Shown here in pieces: positions 41,701-48,196 of a stretch of 64,000 nucleotides of DNA (positions are counted from its first letter, which is position 1; each line of letters begins with the position of its first letter). Source of the DNA: a virus; the IMG/VR virus record IMGVR_UViG_3300017728_000002, positions 21,482-85,481 of that record. One strand, written 5' to 3'. Under the pieces are notes generated by a model. That model saw nothing but the letters and a program-made list of their open reading frames with translations. It was not told where the DNA came from and ran no database searches. The position numbers and the translations under genes are program-made.

Positions 41701-44700
41701 TTGGCTACAGCTATAGGTCTTGAAGGAGACGCCATCTATGACAAGGCTAAGAACCCCAACAAGCTTCGTACCCTGATCAATAAACTCTTTAGGGCTTTAG
41801 GTAAGTTGTTTGGTATCCAGCCTAACACCGCTCGGGAGTTGGCACGTAAGATGATTGAAGGGTCTGATGTTAGGACCAACAACTTAAAGTCATTCCGTGC
41901 AGAGCAACGATTGAAGAAAGGTTTGGATGCTCAGACCCTAATGATTGAGGTAGCTGATGAGATTATGAACCGCATCGATCATATGCGGCGATTGGGTGCC
42001 ACTACCGAGGAGCAGCAAGTGCTTCTAGACAGCTTGCAAGAGGACTCTAGTATGTTTAGAGAAGTAGCAGAAAGTGGAGCTACAGCTGTATTGGATTCTC
42101 TGGTGGTTGCAATGTCAGACTACTTGCAAAAAACTACTGAGTTTATCTCTCATGCGGAAACATATGTAGACACTTCTTCAGCAGCCGGGCTTAAAAAGCA
42201 AGACACTGAATTGTTGAACCAGGCGTATCAGCTGAGTCAAGTGCTGAATACGTTTTCTCAAACGTTTGCCAGCTTTGATAAAGACACTGTAGATGTAGAT
42301 TTTGATCAGCAAGAGCGGTTTGCAACAACCAACAAAGCTTTTGTGGAAATGGCAGGTCCTGTTCAGGTTATGCAAACCCGCTTGACCAGCTTGGTACGTA
42401 AGATGCTGAACAAAAAGCTGGTGGCTAATTCTAGTAACCCTAGGATCAAAGAAGCCATGGAAGCAGGGTTGGACATTTTCTCTTTGGCTCAAACTGAATT
42501 TGGCGACATCACTACCGATACTTCTAAAGGAGAAGTGCAGTTTATGGGATTGCTCGATCAAGACTCTAATGCTGTGCTTACTCTGTTTGGTAAGACTTTG
42601 CGTGATGTAGTCAACACCGAAGAGCTGCAGAGTAAGCAAGACATTCAAAAGCTTTACTCTATCCTAGATGACTTTGAAAGTCAGGGAGGATCTATCGAAT
42701 CTCTTTTAGATGAAGATGGTCAAAGCTTTGTGAGTCCTTATCGAGATGCATTTTATTCAGCTCAATCCAAAGCAACCAACCGTCGCAAGTGGAGAGCAAT
42801 GAACATGGAGCAGAAGTATGTAGAGTCTTACTACCTCGAGCATGTTTACTCTAAAGACCACAAAGACATCAAAGTACTCAAAGAAGAGATTGCTAGGTAT
42901 GAAGAGGGAGCCAGGGCAGGCACCCTTACAGAAGCAGATAAGCTTCATTTAGACCAGCTTCAAGAAGACCTGGCAACCAGAGAGCAATCTCTAGAGAGTT
43001 TTAAAAAATACCATGAACCTGTCTGGGACTTAGAGAAGTTTGAAAAGGACAAAGCAGATGCTGAATCGCAAGGGCCAGATGTAGCAGCAGCTTGGAAAGC
43101 AGCGTATGTGCACTCCAGCGGCAAGCCTAAGTTCAACAGTCCTTACTACAAGACTTCTAAGGTGAAAGACAAGTTCTTGAATCCTAAATGGACAGGGACA
43201 GACATGCCTAAAGCCAAATGGTTAAACCCGAAAGCAAAGGAGTTATCTCCTCTGCAGCAAGAGACCATTGAAGCTTTGAAAAATCTGATGAAAAATGCTG
43301 TAGGGTTTGAAGATCACCGGATGTTCAACGAGAGTTTGATTCCTCAGATTGAAAACCCAGAATCTAAAAGCCTAACAGAAGTATTGCGTGACATGCCACG
43401 TGAAGCCCTAGAGACAAACAAAGACACGGCTCGCATGGGCACAGATAGTGAAGGGCGGAAGATCTTCTTGCGTGGAGGGTTGAAGCACAGCAGGCGAAGT
43501 GATGGGTTAGTTTCTACAGACTTAAGAAAAACCATCGCTCAGTTTGTTGTAGAGGCTAGGGCTGCTAAAGCTGCCAATAACATTGAGACGTTCTCTTTGA
43601 TGACTCGCGATGAGCTTGGTCGTATGGAGCTAACTGCTCGAAAAGGTTGGAGTATGGGTAGGGTAGATGGTAAGCGCTTGAACTTAAACGACAACAAACG
43701 CGCTGGAACCATCAAAGGAGACCGGAGTAACTCTATGGATGTAATAGAGCATGTCTTAGAAGGTTACTTAGGGCAAGGGTGGCAAACTACAGGTAAGTAT
43801 GACTCTCAAGCCGCTCTTCTGCAGAGCTATATTTCGTTCCAAGGTATTGGCTTTAACCCTTCGGCATGGGTCAACAACATCATGTATGGTGAGCTTATGC
43901 AAATCTTGGATGCCGTTGGAGGAGATATGTATACAAGTGAGAGCTTGAACTTGGCTAAGAAACAGGTATACGCAGGCATTAGAGACCTGGCGTTAGCTCG
44001 CGACAAAGGCACCAAGCCAAAAACAAGGTTGGCTGCGGTCATGCACTTCTTTGATGCAACCATGGATCAAAGGGAATTGCCTGAGACCAGCGAGTTGCTA
44101 GACAAGTTCTATAACCTGGCATACATCGGTCAAAGCTTTGGTGAGCTGTTGATGCAAAGTCAAGTTGTCCTTGCTATGATGTATGATACAAAAGTGAAGC
44201 TGGACACTGGAGAGACTGTTAACCTCTATGAAGCCTTGACTTGGGACGGAGAAGCCCGAGGTATTGGGTTTAAGGCAGGTAAAGTCATTCGCAAAGACGG
44301 CACTCTGGTTGATTTAGACATAAACTACCTCGGCTCCTTTAAGACCAAAGCTGTAAATGTGCTGCAACGCATTCATGGATCTTATAACGCAGAAGATATG
44401 GGTCGGTTCCATCGCATTGCTGTAGGTAGGCTCGTGCTTCAATTCCGTAAATGGATGCCTCAAGCTTTGAAAAAGCGTTTTGGAGCTGATCGGTTTAGTG
44501 AAGTACGTGAAACTGAGGAGATAGGATATTACCGTGCGCTTTGGGACAAGATTATTGTTCCTGGGGTGATGGGCAACGTAGACGACGCAAAGCGGTTTAG
44601 GTTCTATGCTACCTATCAAAGCCAACCACCGCATGTCCAGAAGGCCATCAAACGAGCTGCCATTGAGATGGGGCTGGGAGTGTCAAGTGCAATCCTTAGT

Positions 44701-45093
44701 TACGTTCTTGCGTCATTGATTGAAGTAGATTCAGATGAAGAAGACGAGTTCTTCCTGTTGAATGACGCGTACTACAAAGCCAAGCTCTTGTACCACACAG
44801 AACGCTTAAACCAAGAGCTTGTGGCATATACTCCTTGGGGTATGTACGATACGGCTTTGAGGATTGGTCAAGACCCTGCAGCTGCTTCTAGACAGCTTAA
44901 GACGATGTTCAAGTTTATGCAACAAGCCGTCTATGGATTGGCTCCTGGCGTAGAGTTGGAGCGCTTTAAAGGCGGACGCAATTATGGTGATCTGAAGATC
45001 AGTACGTATGCTTTACAGCTATTGCCGCTTCTTAAGCAAGCTCTTCGTGAGATGAATACCATCTCAAGCCATACGATCTATAAGTTGAGTTAA
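29746..45093 (+). CDS. Giant virion RNA polymerase polyprotein (5115 aa) with two zincin-like HExxH domains and Rho-N-like and GrpE-like inserts
   Basis: Catalytic GSDFDIDKLF (39499-39513) preceded by YRVPAEGKNSM; DAQSYVT, KPFYFG, SAHKVG, DGAKDP; HEALH at 35158-35172 and HEFGH at 41551-41565; C-terminal RIHGSYN...GRLVLQFRKWM. Confidence 0.93.
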   Translation: MSENNTTPDSSFESRQEDAGLTPKSNIRFGLKQDPLYQEQGMFQSRMTENPQVKGIDVQKYAPYTGYITHLGTRDAMRARGQSVAEKWGNGIYQAVVGEVVGGSLQGLGALGMLVDSEKNFLYELGEAINEGARDATPIYKHSDKAFAFNDAGWWASNLGNILSTVSMLVPGMAVSKGASLAARGLVAAGKAGKAVKAGKTIGKAGKVAGKAAGEAADVTADAMKASVRAQRLEKTMQTVAGGYGMRHAENIREGVDVAVQAEEEFMQDGRALEDFKGTVAYDQYLKDHDQKAPMNKQELASYVGGQAAVRSYQFNMLNLVFDVFQMGTIFKPFKAVTRGQGVGKVGAAAAGKAAAGLDKGTRATRALEKSKGFLTEVGKAATEGIEESINFMGSGEGMARAEYLRGVETGSFGERLDDYFHDSHLYESAFWGFLGGGVFQGLGSIMGKKQDAAMTSLLRQQETLVRESAELAKAEKSGDTEKANQIRARVMADLGIRASQSGRVDQLLDQLNSDDFMKQLQEQGLLGEKSIEEARNELIEGVLKQEKDYKKIAEVAEEYGLSSQEMFVLLKQQNSYDAGLKSIAEKLEAIDDASITEDQKLAAKFQLRDSLVELQKKVKKEKGKDSKTPFGAELKALQEELKDKEKPAEFEKLLTYEAFNQARLLAEQTRLKRKRAELTTEQSLAYTRTTVNAYNKNQEKVIAASFKKRVAEEENLDILNKLLEQAKRNKAKDQEILISERIAELKKTNADKTDADKAQEENEEGGTPVPKDDSTEENEPPTENEPSKENEPPEENDPDVSDVLPEGVVLEDDDEVDYTLAYREPYADGSPFDFGSLTNQERRFLDALDNLDTAETVEKAQALVSFVRNYILKQQEEGKPIKRKFDGKVVDQAIAYLAEAEKTPPAAPQDSAPQDSAPQDPTSDPPTDLPTDDLENSTVKALKAIARQEGLTGYSKLNKAELVAAIRAHREQATLFPENKVTPPTDESPAEKKRRESQQNRVEKHSKELYEALESYAEAVANRDALQDSKNADSKEAVAAELAADKAAMKVLNALNNLTSHSLLSQQNKVESYISSDLREYMELATETLEQDGYTSDHVKPGQVYDETLSVDVEIVNDETLEPGVELIQKINQPEIRKKGKVIQRGQVVVVQGPLLSKPVIEPETVEAPEGQIKMIMNDLMEAFLQQMQIRTSVTMPTTRVREHALIEGTRLTLEGPVAEQYEALMFALTNPSASVTIRISDNQVEVKNPIYKTSVNNKLGVKSLTRKTVGSKTYTYENEEDNSPDYEVVVEYQGKTVVIGNVPRVGTLLKQASRLQNQYRNQPTGDDADANPYWRNAYADANLNALQAIRHADAIALFRKYLDSQDSGSISFTGLSEQIALDGSFKRGSLLRPSDQMDTLNMHPEVTDAIDEHGLCVMMTDPSSGEPYLLNLKTGLKTAVPYQDGVMAMNAQAGTYAFKNQSNKISSTGAVFIPIRDPNSPLKPMWVRMPDMTLKEANRTDFVSNILYGPGTSEQKFELLRSVMSTPPPSVTSESQIMEGFTGAAFISGPSNGQPRLVILKDRKIVMDFNPDGTPRTEIQKAVLEQLKFRLDAKSPELASYEKEGKRDEETRQTLKSLAQSIKQNGRMPIAPVVKKDSAGNDVIIGYHHPVPAARFERDREAQSQNQLFNPEAQSTMLPIAIDMARLQAQNPEAPASPDTKPTDTSDPKKSNEKGGESTDFWNESDDGAMFMTVEKALASDFYAMSTSKDQLEAELWLAKNLPHVPFRRVKGLIERGGVTAYGIWEQGMIRVSDISVVGTEYHEALHAVMDTYLSPKRRAKIMAEARAKYGDLGPIKLEEKIAEAFREYMLTEGKSMTEKSALRRFFSEILALVQAMFQGQYRTRQLMQNINRGRYAYKPSQRSKNFLTKFSKVPAFDAAEMSELEQVMPFLVNYILKDIREAFVGNNPKDVLMRRYGREEDAQVLEGLLQTIAEIKDLSVESDEDGNTIEIQREKKKLIAEGIIRVIFDSRGLFQYMIKSSSRASEERKLEIYDRLGHNEEVLVEHFSTNPRVQRMIMQAIAIDASTGTTDIEQNFSASIAEINPMDKVPASIKNLISRTIYIPGDRSGRLIETILGNQGTEAALEAIAEVSGTDVDKSDAFSRFGLPRFLQFETVYPFLLNQLSSLPSYEAMETRMLELSVYNPSLASIVLALRKDAEPGTLTELQKQFYVGMKRASSEELNVSLETQYDERVERKFQVPVVKDEFIYEPAWHLVQRNKEAVYNAILQFTPAEKEKVLNALSALAKQRNETPEVRVKTIKILVRTFQKLEFSTMDPSALANAMHVMSNNELGGLADMLERLILAGNEAQTSAILREVVRIMKLADADMGAVQSSYMSNLKTKYAHVNPSYLTEELDRLKSAFKEEYLKERFAHNAHLEESMWHIMLDEESLTYRRFGQLGPHAYTDMDVAQRLEYDLLALFRMGKNAQGRQIRVTGYSAIPTPSDATGSFMVSNDFVHYPENVKNRILASIYDAETRKDVTHMSLPIDRSKVDINSIESKAEYMRALLEQEAAALLSIPEFKEVIDKLQVPLGYGPVEGRSRDEGRVTMVNSYVAATYVSNWNVSNWMGGTIDHFGGDVTKYQKRFKQIMSPGQTSADKGTFRNVTIEDPVVFEDWATEVEYSDNGKPVKNADGTYRRIPSAIDRADAQSYVTLDFWERMLSSHGELTDYKKAVIEKARKGEALSVSERSVFAPYKPFYFGWVQGQPHQLKNSVIPLLPPVKGQAPISVELEAMRKWMVHPDNKVDQITLKSAHKVGVTSKATSMFQDGKFKAPEPGYTQYDLPMEFHRNQVSITEHNNHNGTVGLGTQTGPIIMSNLRNYEGLGEVHIQKLLKTEQRMMNMKLKELKGKLFVQGTELGKNGEEDVSKRTVPDVARVRQYVLDNVRDDVHPAVLEILSSPLASAGRISPLVAFAVNQTLAAAVQKDFKKQKVTGGMQVQISDLGHTNPTTDADLKGMRVVGSQQEVEGPYTWDDSMATDLIVGMNNREFVVVKLGESPKTGRELNADDFLNGLKEGFEVIDMHGKKPMTVGLDSAMASLMKRDFEKWLTTKKNLKTRPQSLVTPEYISDYSDPKRELARYVKERQTNRKDFEVDPELELAYEYYRSKEIDSDRNNEAFTSSSSSLPTGPEKVVMAEVKMNRKFLPKQYREMSIEEIRAIDPTLLEVMVYRVPAEGKNSMAMCKVVQFLPSGQDGMVIPAAFVAQMGSDFDIDKLFVNWKKVPREGRELNAYDRAANKFFDLQKDVLMNPEVVKTEVLVPQGFETIKAFRTEMATARRKGGVSDIDVFAQRRPYSALTHLQLWSDNVAGIGLKGIAANNNTFWMKVQRHNMQVEGIPMKDMPLELMQWNAEAVAASMDGAKDPVWGTMGIDRKNFSFFMYECTMGYMRAMKENPSADKVKTLNKARNEALAAATDSDVMQAMTTRVNDFNAETEKTDNVKRYQAYLKQEAYRALKDLTRVSEMKINKELIDLLAAKEPVLDNYNLTLDAEGNIILDSDGNPELQAVKDAKGNTLPTMGKAYVNAPVIKGALDIATASELLMSGGMGIHYYRTVGRYNGISFPQYCAVQTFKAADEFVEGKRAEVMGERSVSERFREVDLEDVQSWNMRHWIVWLNTSDEGRAIRDDKDNAFLRKMLLHITVGRAYEVNYNRYDRITPIQLNDPIKAEEFQKAWENTLTPPLSYEGSVHYPSEFAKALVRYEAARSGWRRGSSTFTQFLPTEIVKNVSGEDATSLQIAAHAVLDSRVESGTEKMALLSNRPMRYGKHTYVTLPGENRRTKVTTPVLMLGFRGMSSIDAIAGELQVNQSTVEEEIAEYKAKQKKSQSLEAFGDIASSTTTSERIAMLQSRFASYGIKVRVEFDSTLEGAGDVQYDKESGVIRLHPDRMKSDTVLHEFGHIYIEMLGFENPAVQQAIEELRNTELYREVAEMYPHLSQRDLDMEVLATAIGLEGDAIYDKAKNPNKLRTLINKLFRALGKLFGIQPNTARELARKMIEGSDVRTNNLKSFRAEQRLKKGLDAQTLMIEVADEIMNRIDHMRRLGATTEEQQVLLDSLQEDSSMFREVAESGATAVLDSLVVAMSDYLQKTTEFISHAETYVDTSSAAGLKKQDTELLNQAYQLSQVLNTFSQTFASFDKDTVDVDFDQQERFATTNKAFVEMAGPVQVMQTRLTSLVRKMLNKKLVANSSNPRIKEAMEAGLDIFSLAQTEFGDITTDTSKGEVQFMGLLDQDSNAVLTLFGKTLRDVVNTEELQSKQDIQKLYSILDDFESQGGSIESLLDEDGQSFVSPYRDAFYSAQSKATNRRKWRAMNMEQKYVESYYLEHVYSKDHKDIKVLKEEIARYEEGARAGTLTEADKLHLDQLQEDLATREQSLESFKKYHEPVWDLEKFEKDKADAESQGPDVAAAWKAAYVHSSGKPKFNSPYYKTSKVKDKFLNPKWTGTDMPKAKWLNPKAKELSPLQQETIEALKNLMKNAVGFEDHRMFNESLIPQIENPESKSLTEVLRDMPREALETNKDTARMGTDSEGRKIFLRGGLKHSRRSDGLVSTDLRKTIAQFVVEARAAKAANNIETFSLMTRDELGRMELTARKGWSMGRVDGKRLNLNDNKRAGTIKGDRSNSMDVIEHVLEGYLGQGWQTTGKYDSQAALLQSYISFQGIGFNPSAWVNNIMYGELMQILDAVGGDMYTSESLNLAKKQVYAGIRDLALARDKGTKPKTRLAAVMHFFDATMDQRELPETSELLDKFYNLAYIGQSFGELLMQSQVVLAMMYDTKVKLDTGETVNLYEALTWDGEARGIGFKAGKVIRKDGTLVDLDINYLGSFKTKAVNVLQRIHGSYNAEDMGRFHRIAVGRLVLQFRKWMPQALKKRFGADRFSEVRETEEIGYYRALWDKIIVPGVMGNVDDAKRFRFYATYQSQPPHVQKAIKRAAIEMGLGVSSAILSYVLASLIEVDSDEEDEFFLLNDAYYKAKLLYHTERLNQELVAYTPWGMYDTALRIGQDPAAASRQLKTMFKFMQQAVYGLAPGVELERFKGGRNYGDLKISTYALQLLPLLKQALREMNTISSHTIYKLS
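32465..32508 (+). repeat. 15-bp tandem repeat (CTGCACCACAAGATT)x3 encoding SAPQD in an RNAP linker
   Basis: Read directly from the sequence. Confidence 0.9.
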
Positions 45094-45590
45094 CCTATAG
45101 AGCGTGTGTCTAGAATGACAGGAGCTGATTGTTTAAGGACTTTCTCAATGTCGTAGACTTTAAAGTCCATCTTAAACGGGGTGTCTAAAAGAAAGTCGCT
45201 CATGTATGATATGAATTCCTTTCTGCTGGGAGCAATGTAAGTGCAGGTAAAGTTGACAGACGTACTGAGCTCTGGCGTCTGTCGCTTAAGTTTCATGATC
45301 TCAATGCACCAGTTTTGTCCTATAAGCTTGTCTTGTAGGGTGCTGGCTTCAACATCGTTTACGATGATTTCTACTTTACAACTAAACTCGAAACCAAAAA
45401 ATTTGTGGTTGATGTGACATTGGGGAGTACTGATGGCTCCTTTTTCAAACAGTGCGCGGACCCTCATTAAAGTAGGACCTGGACTAAGACCTACAGATTT
45501 AGCAAGGTCTTGGTTTGAAATGCTGGCGTCTTTCTGTAACACGTTGATTAGTTCAATGTCAGTGGAATCGATGTTTTTCTTCCTAGGCAT
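45090..45590 (-). CDS. Lrp/AsnC family transcriptional regulator
   Basis: IDSTDIELINVLQKDASISNQDLAKSVGLSPGPTLMRVRALFEKGAI HTH followed by a RAM-like C-terminal domain; ATG at 45590 preferred over TTG at 45605. Confidence 0.88.
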   Translation of the reverse strand: MPRKKNIDSTDIELINVLQKDASISNQDLAKSVGLSPGPTLMRVRALFEKGAISTPQCHINHKFFGFEFSCKVEIIVNDVEASTLQDKLIGQNWCIEIMKLKRQTPELSTSVNFTCTYIAPSRKEFISYMSDFLLDTPFKMDFKVYDIEKVLKQSAPVILDTRSIG

Positions 45591-45692
45591 GAACCAAATA
45601 TGCAAAATAAACTTGCGTTTTGCTCGGGGATGTCCACAGACCTTAAGAAAAAATACCTTAAAACGGGTATTTATTTGCCTGTAAGCGAAATA

Positions 45693-45917
45693 TTATTTTG
45701 TTTCCACGTATTTGATAAGCAAATTCAGGTAATGTTGGGCCTTGTGTAAGTCTTCTACACCTCCTTTGGCTTTGTACCTCGACACGTACTTAATGATGTT
45801 CCCTTCTATGAATCCCATGCCATTGGCGAGGATGTACTCTATCGGAGGAATCTTAAGGTCGTAATGGTTCCCTCCAACTTGAGTGGTTTGCTCTAACTTT
45901 GGGACGTGCTTAGGCAT
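45693..45917 (-). CDS. DUF3310 family protein
   Basis: QVGGNHY...PIEYILANGMGFIEGNIIKYVSRYKAKGGVEDLHKAQHYL. Confidence 0.92.
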   Translation of the reverse strand: MPKHVPKLEQTTQVGGNHYDLKIPPIEYILANGMGFIEGNIIKYVSRYKAKGGVEDLHKAQHYLNLLIKYVETK

Positions 45918-45973
45918 GTAGAGAAATTTTAGAGAGTTTTTCTGAATAGGGGAGGAAGTAGAGAGCCTCCCCT
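45918..45973 (-). promoter_or_regulatory. Leader element: 8-bp hairpin with CTCTCTAC loop + ATTCAGAAAAACTCTCTA + TTCTCTAC-ATG
   Basis: Minus strand reads AGGGGAGG-ctctctactt-CCTCCCCT-ATTCAGAAAAACTCTCTAAAATTTCTCTAC-ATG. Confidence 0.7.
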
Positions 45974-45976
45974 TAC

Positions 45977-46486
45977 TTACCTTTTTTCTGGATCTTCTTC
46001 ATCACCGTACCAGACTTGAATCTGCTGCAGGTGACTGTAGTCTAAGTTCATCATGTTGTTGATCCCTTTCGTACAGTTCTTGTAGGTTCTCATGTTCTTC
46101 TCGTAGGCCCTTTGAGCTTTGGCCTGAGAGCTGGCCGCAAATGCAGTCTTATTGTTGGGCATGTAGATCTCTTGGCTCCGCTGTGCTTCTACTTCTTTAG
46201 CGTAGTCTAGAGCGGCCAATGAGTTGGCCCGGGAAAGATCCAGATGGCCATACTTGGTTTCTGCTATGTGTCCTATTCGAATCTTGCGAATTCGTGCACG
46301 TTCATCACGTGCCAGGTTCCATAGTTTCCAGTACAAGCGTTCGCCATCTGAATCTTGCCCTACACTTAATTCATCGGGAGGGATACAGAGTGCATCACAT
46401 ATCTCTGCTTCAATGCGATGCAGCTCAGTATTGTAGTTCCCTTTCCAATCAATGGTGCTGATCAGTTGATCAAGCCAATTTGTCAT
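45977..46486 (-). CDS. Hypothetical protein
   Basis: ATG at 46486 (MTNWLDQ) directly after the upstream stop. Confidence 0.6.
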   Translation of the reverse strand: MTNWLDQLISTIDWKGNYNTELHRIEAEICDALCIPPDELSVGQDSDGERLYWKLWNLARDERARIRKIRIGHIAETKYGHLDLSRANSLAALDYAKEVEAQRSQEIYMPNNKTAFAASSQAKAQRAYEKNMRTYKNCTKGINNMMNLDYSHLQQIQVWYGDEEDPEKR

Positions 46487-46487
46487 C

Positions 46488-47504
46488 TTATAAGAAAATC
46501 TTGGTCTTTGTCTCGGCTTCCATCTCTTGAACCCACGAACCGTGAGTAAAATGGTAGTTGAGACGCTGCAGCAACGACTGCAGCTCATCCTTTCCTTCTT
46601 TAAGTGTTTCGTCTGCTATGTAAAACGTACCAGCTCGGTGCGCTCCACGGGATTCTACTGCACATATGCAGTGGTCTTCTGGGGTGTACTCTTCTCCGTA
46701 GTTCTTAAGAATCCACCGATAGGCAGCTTCTTCGTAAGCAGCAATCTGACGACTGTAGTGATAGGTTTTAAAAGACGCTGGAAACATGCCCAAGGTCTTG
46801 CCTGTCGTTTTTAAGTCGATGATGCTAAACTGCTTTTTTCGATGGTTTAAATGGAGCCTATCAATTTTAGCTTTTAATGGGAAATTGTACCTGGGGTCTT
46901 CCCAATACACTTCCAGCTCATTGAAGTAGCTCATGTTTCCATTGTCCACTTTTCGAAACAAAAGCTCAGTCAACTCAGGAGAGGTATTCTCTAACGAGTT
47001 CATGCAGCTATTCAAAGAGTCTAGCTGCTTCTGAGTGATAATGAACTTGTCACTGCTACGCAACAAATCCCAGTAAGCGGAGCCTGCACTCATTACTTTA
47101 TTTATCCTTGTTTCTGGTTTCCACGTTCTCCCATAGGCTTGTCTATCACAAGCTTCAATAATCACATAGATGTGCTCATCTAAAGCTTTGATGGTAGTGT
47201 CTTCACCTGTAATGGCAGCCTTCAACTCAAGAGAGTCTTTCAAAGAAGCAAAAGCGTCTTTAAGAATGTCTCGAATCTTGTCAGGAGTATTGGTCTCATC
47301 TACTATGTAGTTGCACAAGTGCGGCTCTAAAGCTGCCAAGTGCACCAAGTTTCCAAACTCTAGACTGCTGGTCTTCAATGAAGGTGCTTTGCCATCCCAG
47401 TGCTCTTTGAAAAGCACAGGAGAACCTTCTTGGTCGGGGTTGATATAACGCAATGAGCTGTTGCTGACTGCCTTTACATCGTAGTAAGGATCATGCAGTA
47501 ACAT
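46488..47504 (-). CDS. PD-(D/E)XK exonuclease (RecE/DUF3799-like)
   Basis: VSNSSL, SLEFGNLVH..LEP, NELEVYW, KAKIDRL, IIDLKTT, YSRQIAAY. Confidence 0.88.
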   Translation of the reverse strand: MLLHDPYYDVKAVSNSSLRYINPDQEGSPVLFKEHWDGKAPSLKTSSLEFGNLVHLAALEPHLCNYIVDETNTPDKIRDILKDAFASLKDSLELKAAITGEDTTIKALDEHIYVIIEACDRQAYGRTWKPETRINKVMSAGSAYWDLLRSSDKFIITQKQLDSLNSCMNSLENTSPELTELLFRKVDNGNMSYFNELEVYWEDPRYNFPLKAKIDRLHLNHRKKQFSIIDLKTTGKTLGMFPASFKTYHYSRQIAAYEEAAYRWILKNYGEEYTPEDHCICAVESRGAHRAGTFYIADETLKEGKDELQSLLQRLNYHFTHGSWVQEMEAETKTKIFL

Positions 47505-48150
47505 TGACTCTCTTTGATGTATCAGGTGAACGCATGTAAAGCCCGTTGAGGGGCTCTTGCTTAATCAGAGTTGCAAAGCTTTGCTCATCTTCAAGGCCAG
47601 TAGGCTCATTCTTTAACTTGGCACGTATGCTTTTGGTCTTGATTTTGCTACTCAAGAGTTCATAGTAAGCCAAGTTCAAATGCATAAACTCACTGTACCT
47701 CCGACTTGAAAAGAGTTCATGCATGTAACGAGTACCTGCGTGAGTGTTGAGCATGAGCATAGGCAAGTGTCCCAGTTCAAACAAGAGCTGAATAAATCCA
47801 GCGCGTTCTGGGGCATGCTTAGCATCTAAGACATGCATCATCTTCTTTACGTTGTGGATGACAGAAGCGTGATTGCGATGAAGGATTTGACCTATGCGTG
47901 CATAAGAGTAATCCATCAAACGCAAGTACAGAGAGAGCATTGCGCGTGCTTCCACAAACACCATGCGGCGATCGGGAGGATTCACAACATCTTTGATGTC
48001 AACGCCATAAATCTGAGCAACGATGTAACGAGCCGCATCTACTCGTGCAGCATCATTTGGAGGGGTCCAGTTGGGTATGGTCTTGCAAGCAACAAAGGCT
48101 TGTACTGAAGTATCCAACCCAGCATAGAACTGAGGGTGTATAGTGTCCAT
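47491..48150 (-). CDS. Protein with DnaA C-terminal (domain IV-like) HTH
   Basis: VEARAMLSLYLRLMDYSYARIGQILHRNHASVIHNVKK; start moved to 48150 (MDTIH) because the longer start lies inside a hairpin and an ACTCTCTAC box precedes 48150. Confidence 0.78.
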   Translation of the reverse strand: MDTIHPQFYAGLDTSVQAFVACKTIPNWTPPNDAARVDAARYIVAQIYGVDIKDVVNPPDRRMVFVEARAMLSLYLRLMDYSYARIGQILHRNHASVIHNVKKMMHVLDAKHAPERAGFIQLLFELGHLPMLMLNTHAGTRYMHELFSSRRYSEFMHLNLAYYELLSSKIKTKSIRAKLKNEPTGLEDEQSFATLIKQEPLNGLYMRSPDTSKRVNVTA

Positions 48151-48154
48151 TGAT

Positions 48155-48196
48155 GTAGAGAGTGAAATGGGAGCAGGATTTCTCCTGCCCCCCATT
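48155..48196 (-). promoter_or_regulatory. GNRA hairpin followed by ACTCTCTAC box
   Basis: Minus strand AATGGGGGGCAGGA-GAAA-TCCTGCTCCCATT-tc-ACTCTCTAC-atca-ATG. Confidence 0.65.

Noticed and set aside
18460-42999. TAGAGAGT copies at 18460, 23330 and 42992
   Set aside because: Antisense inside coding regions and not near supported starts; consistent with chance background
45625-45645. ATGTCCACA as a DnaA box or origin
   Set aside because: Single mismatched copy; no cluster
46487-46588. N-terminal extension (MSCSRCC...) of ORF 45977-46588
   Set aside because: Overlaps the nuclease gene; ATG at 46486 directly follows its stop
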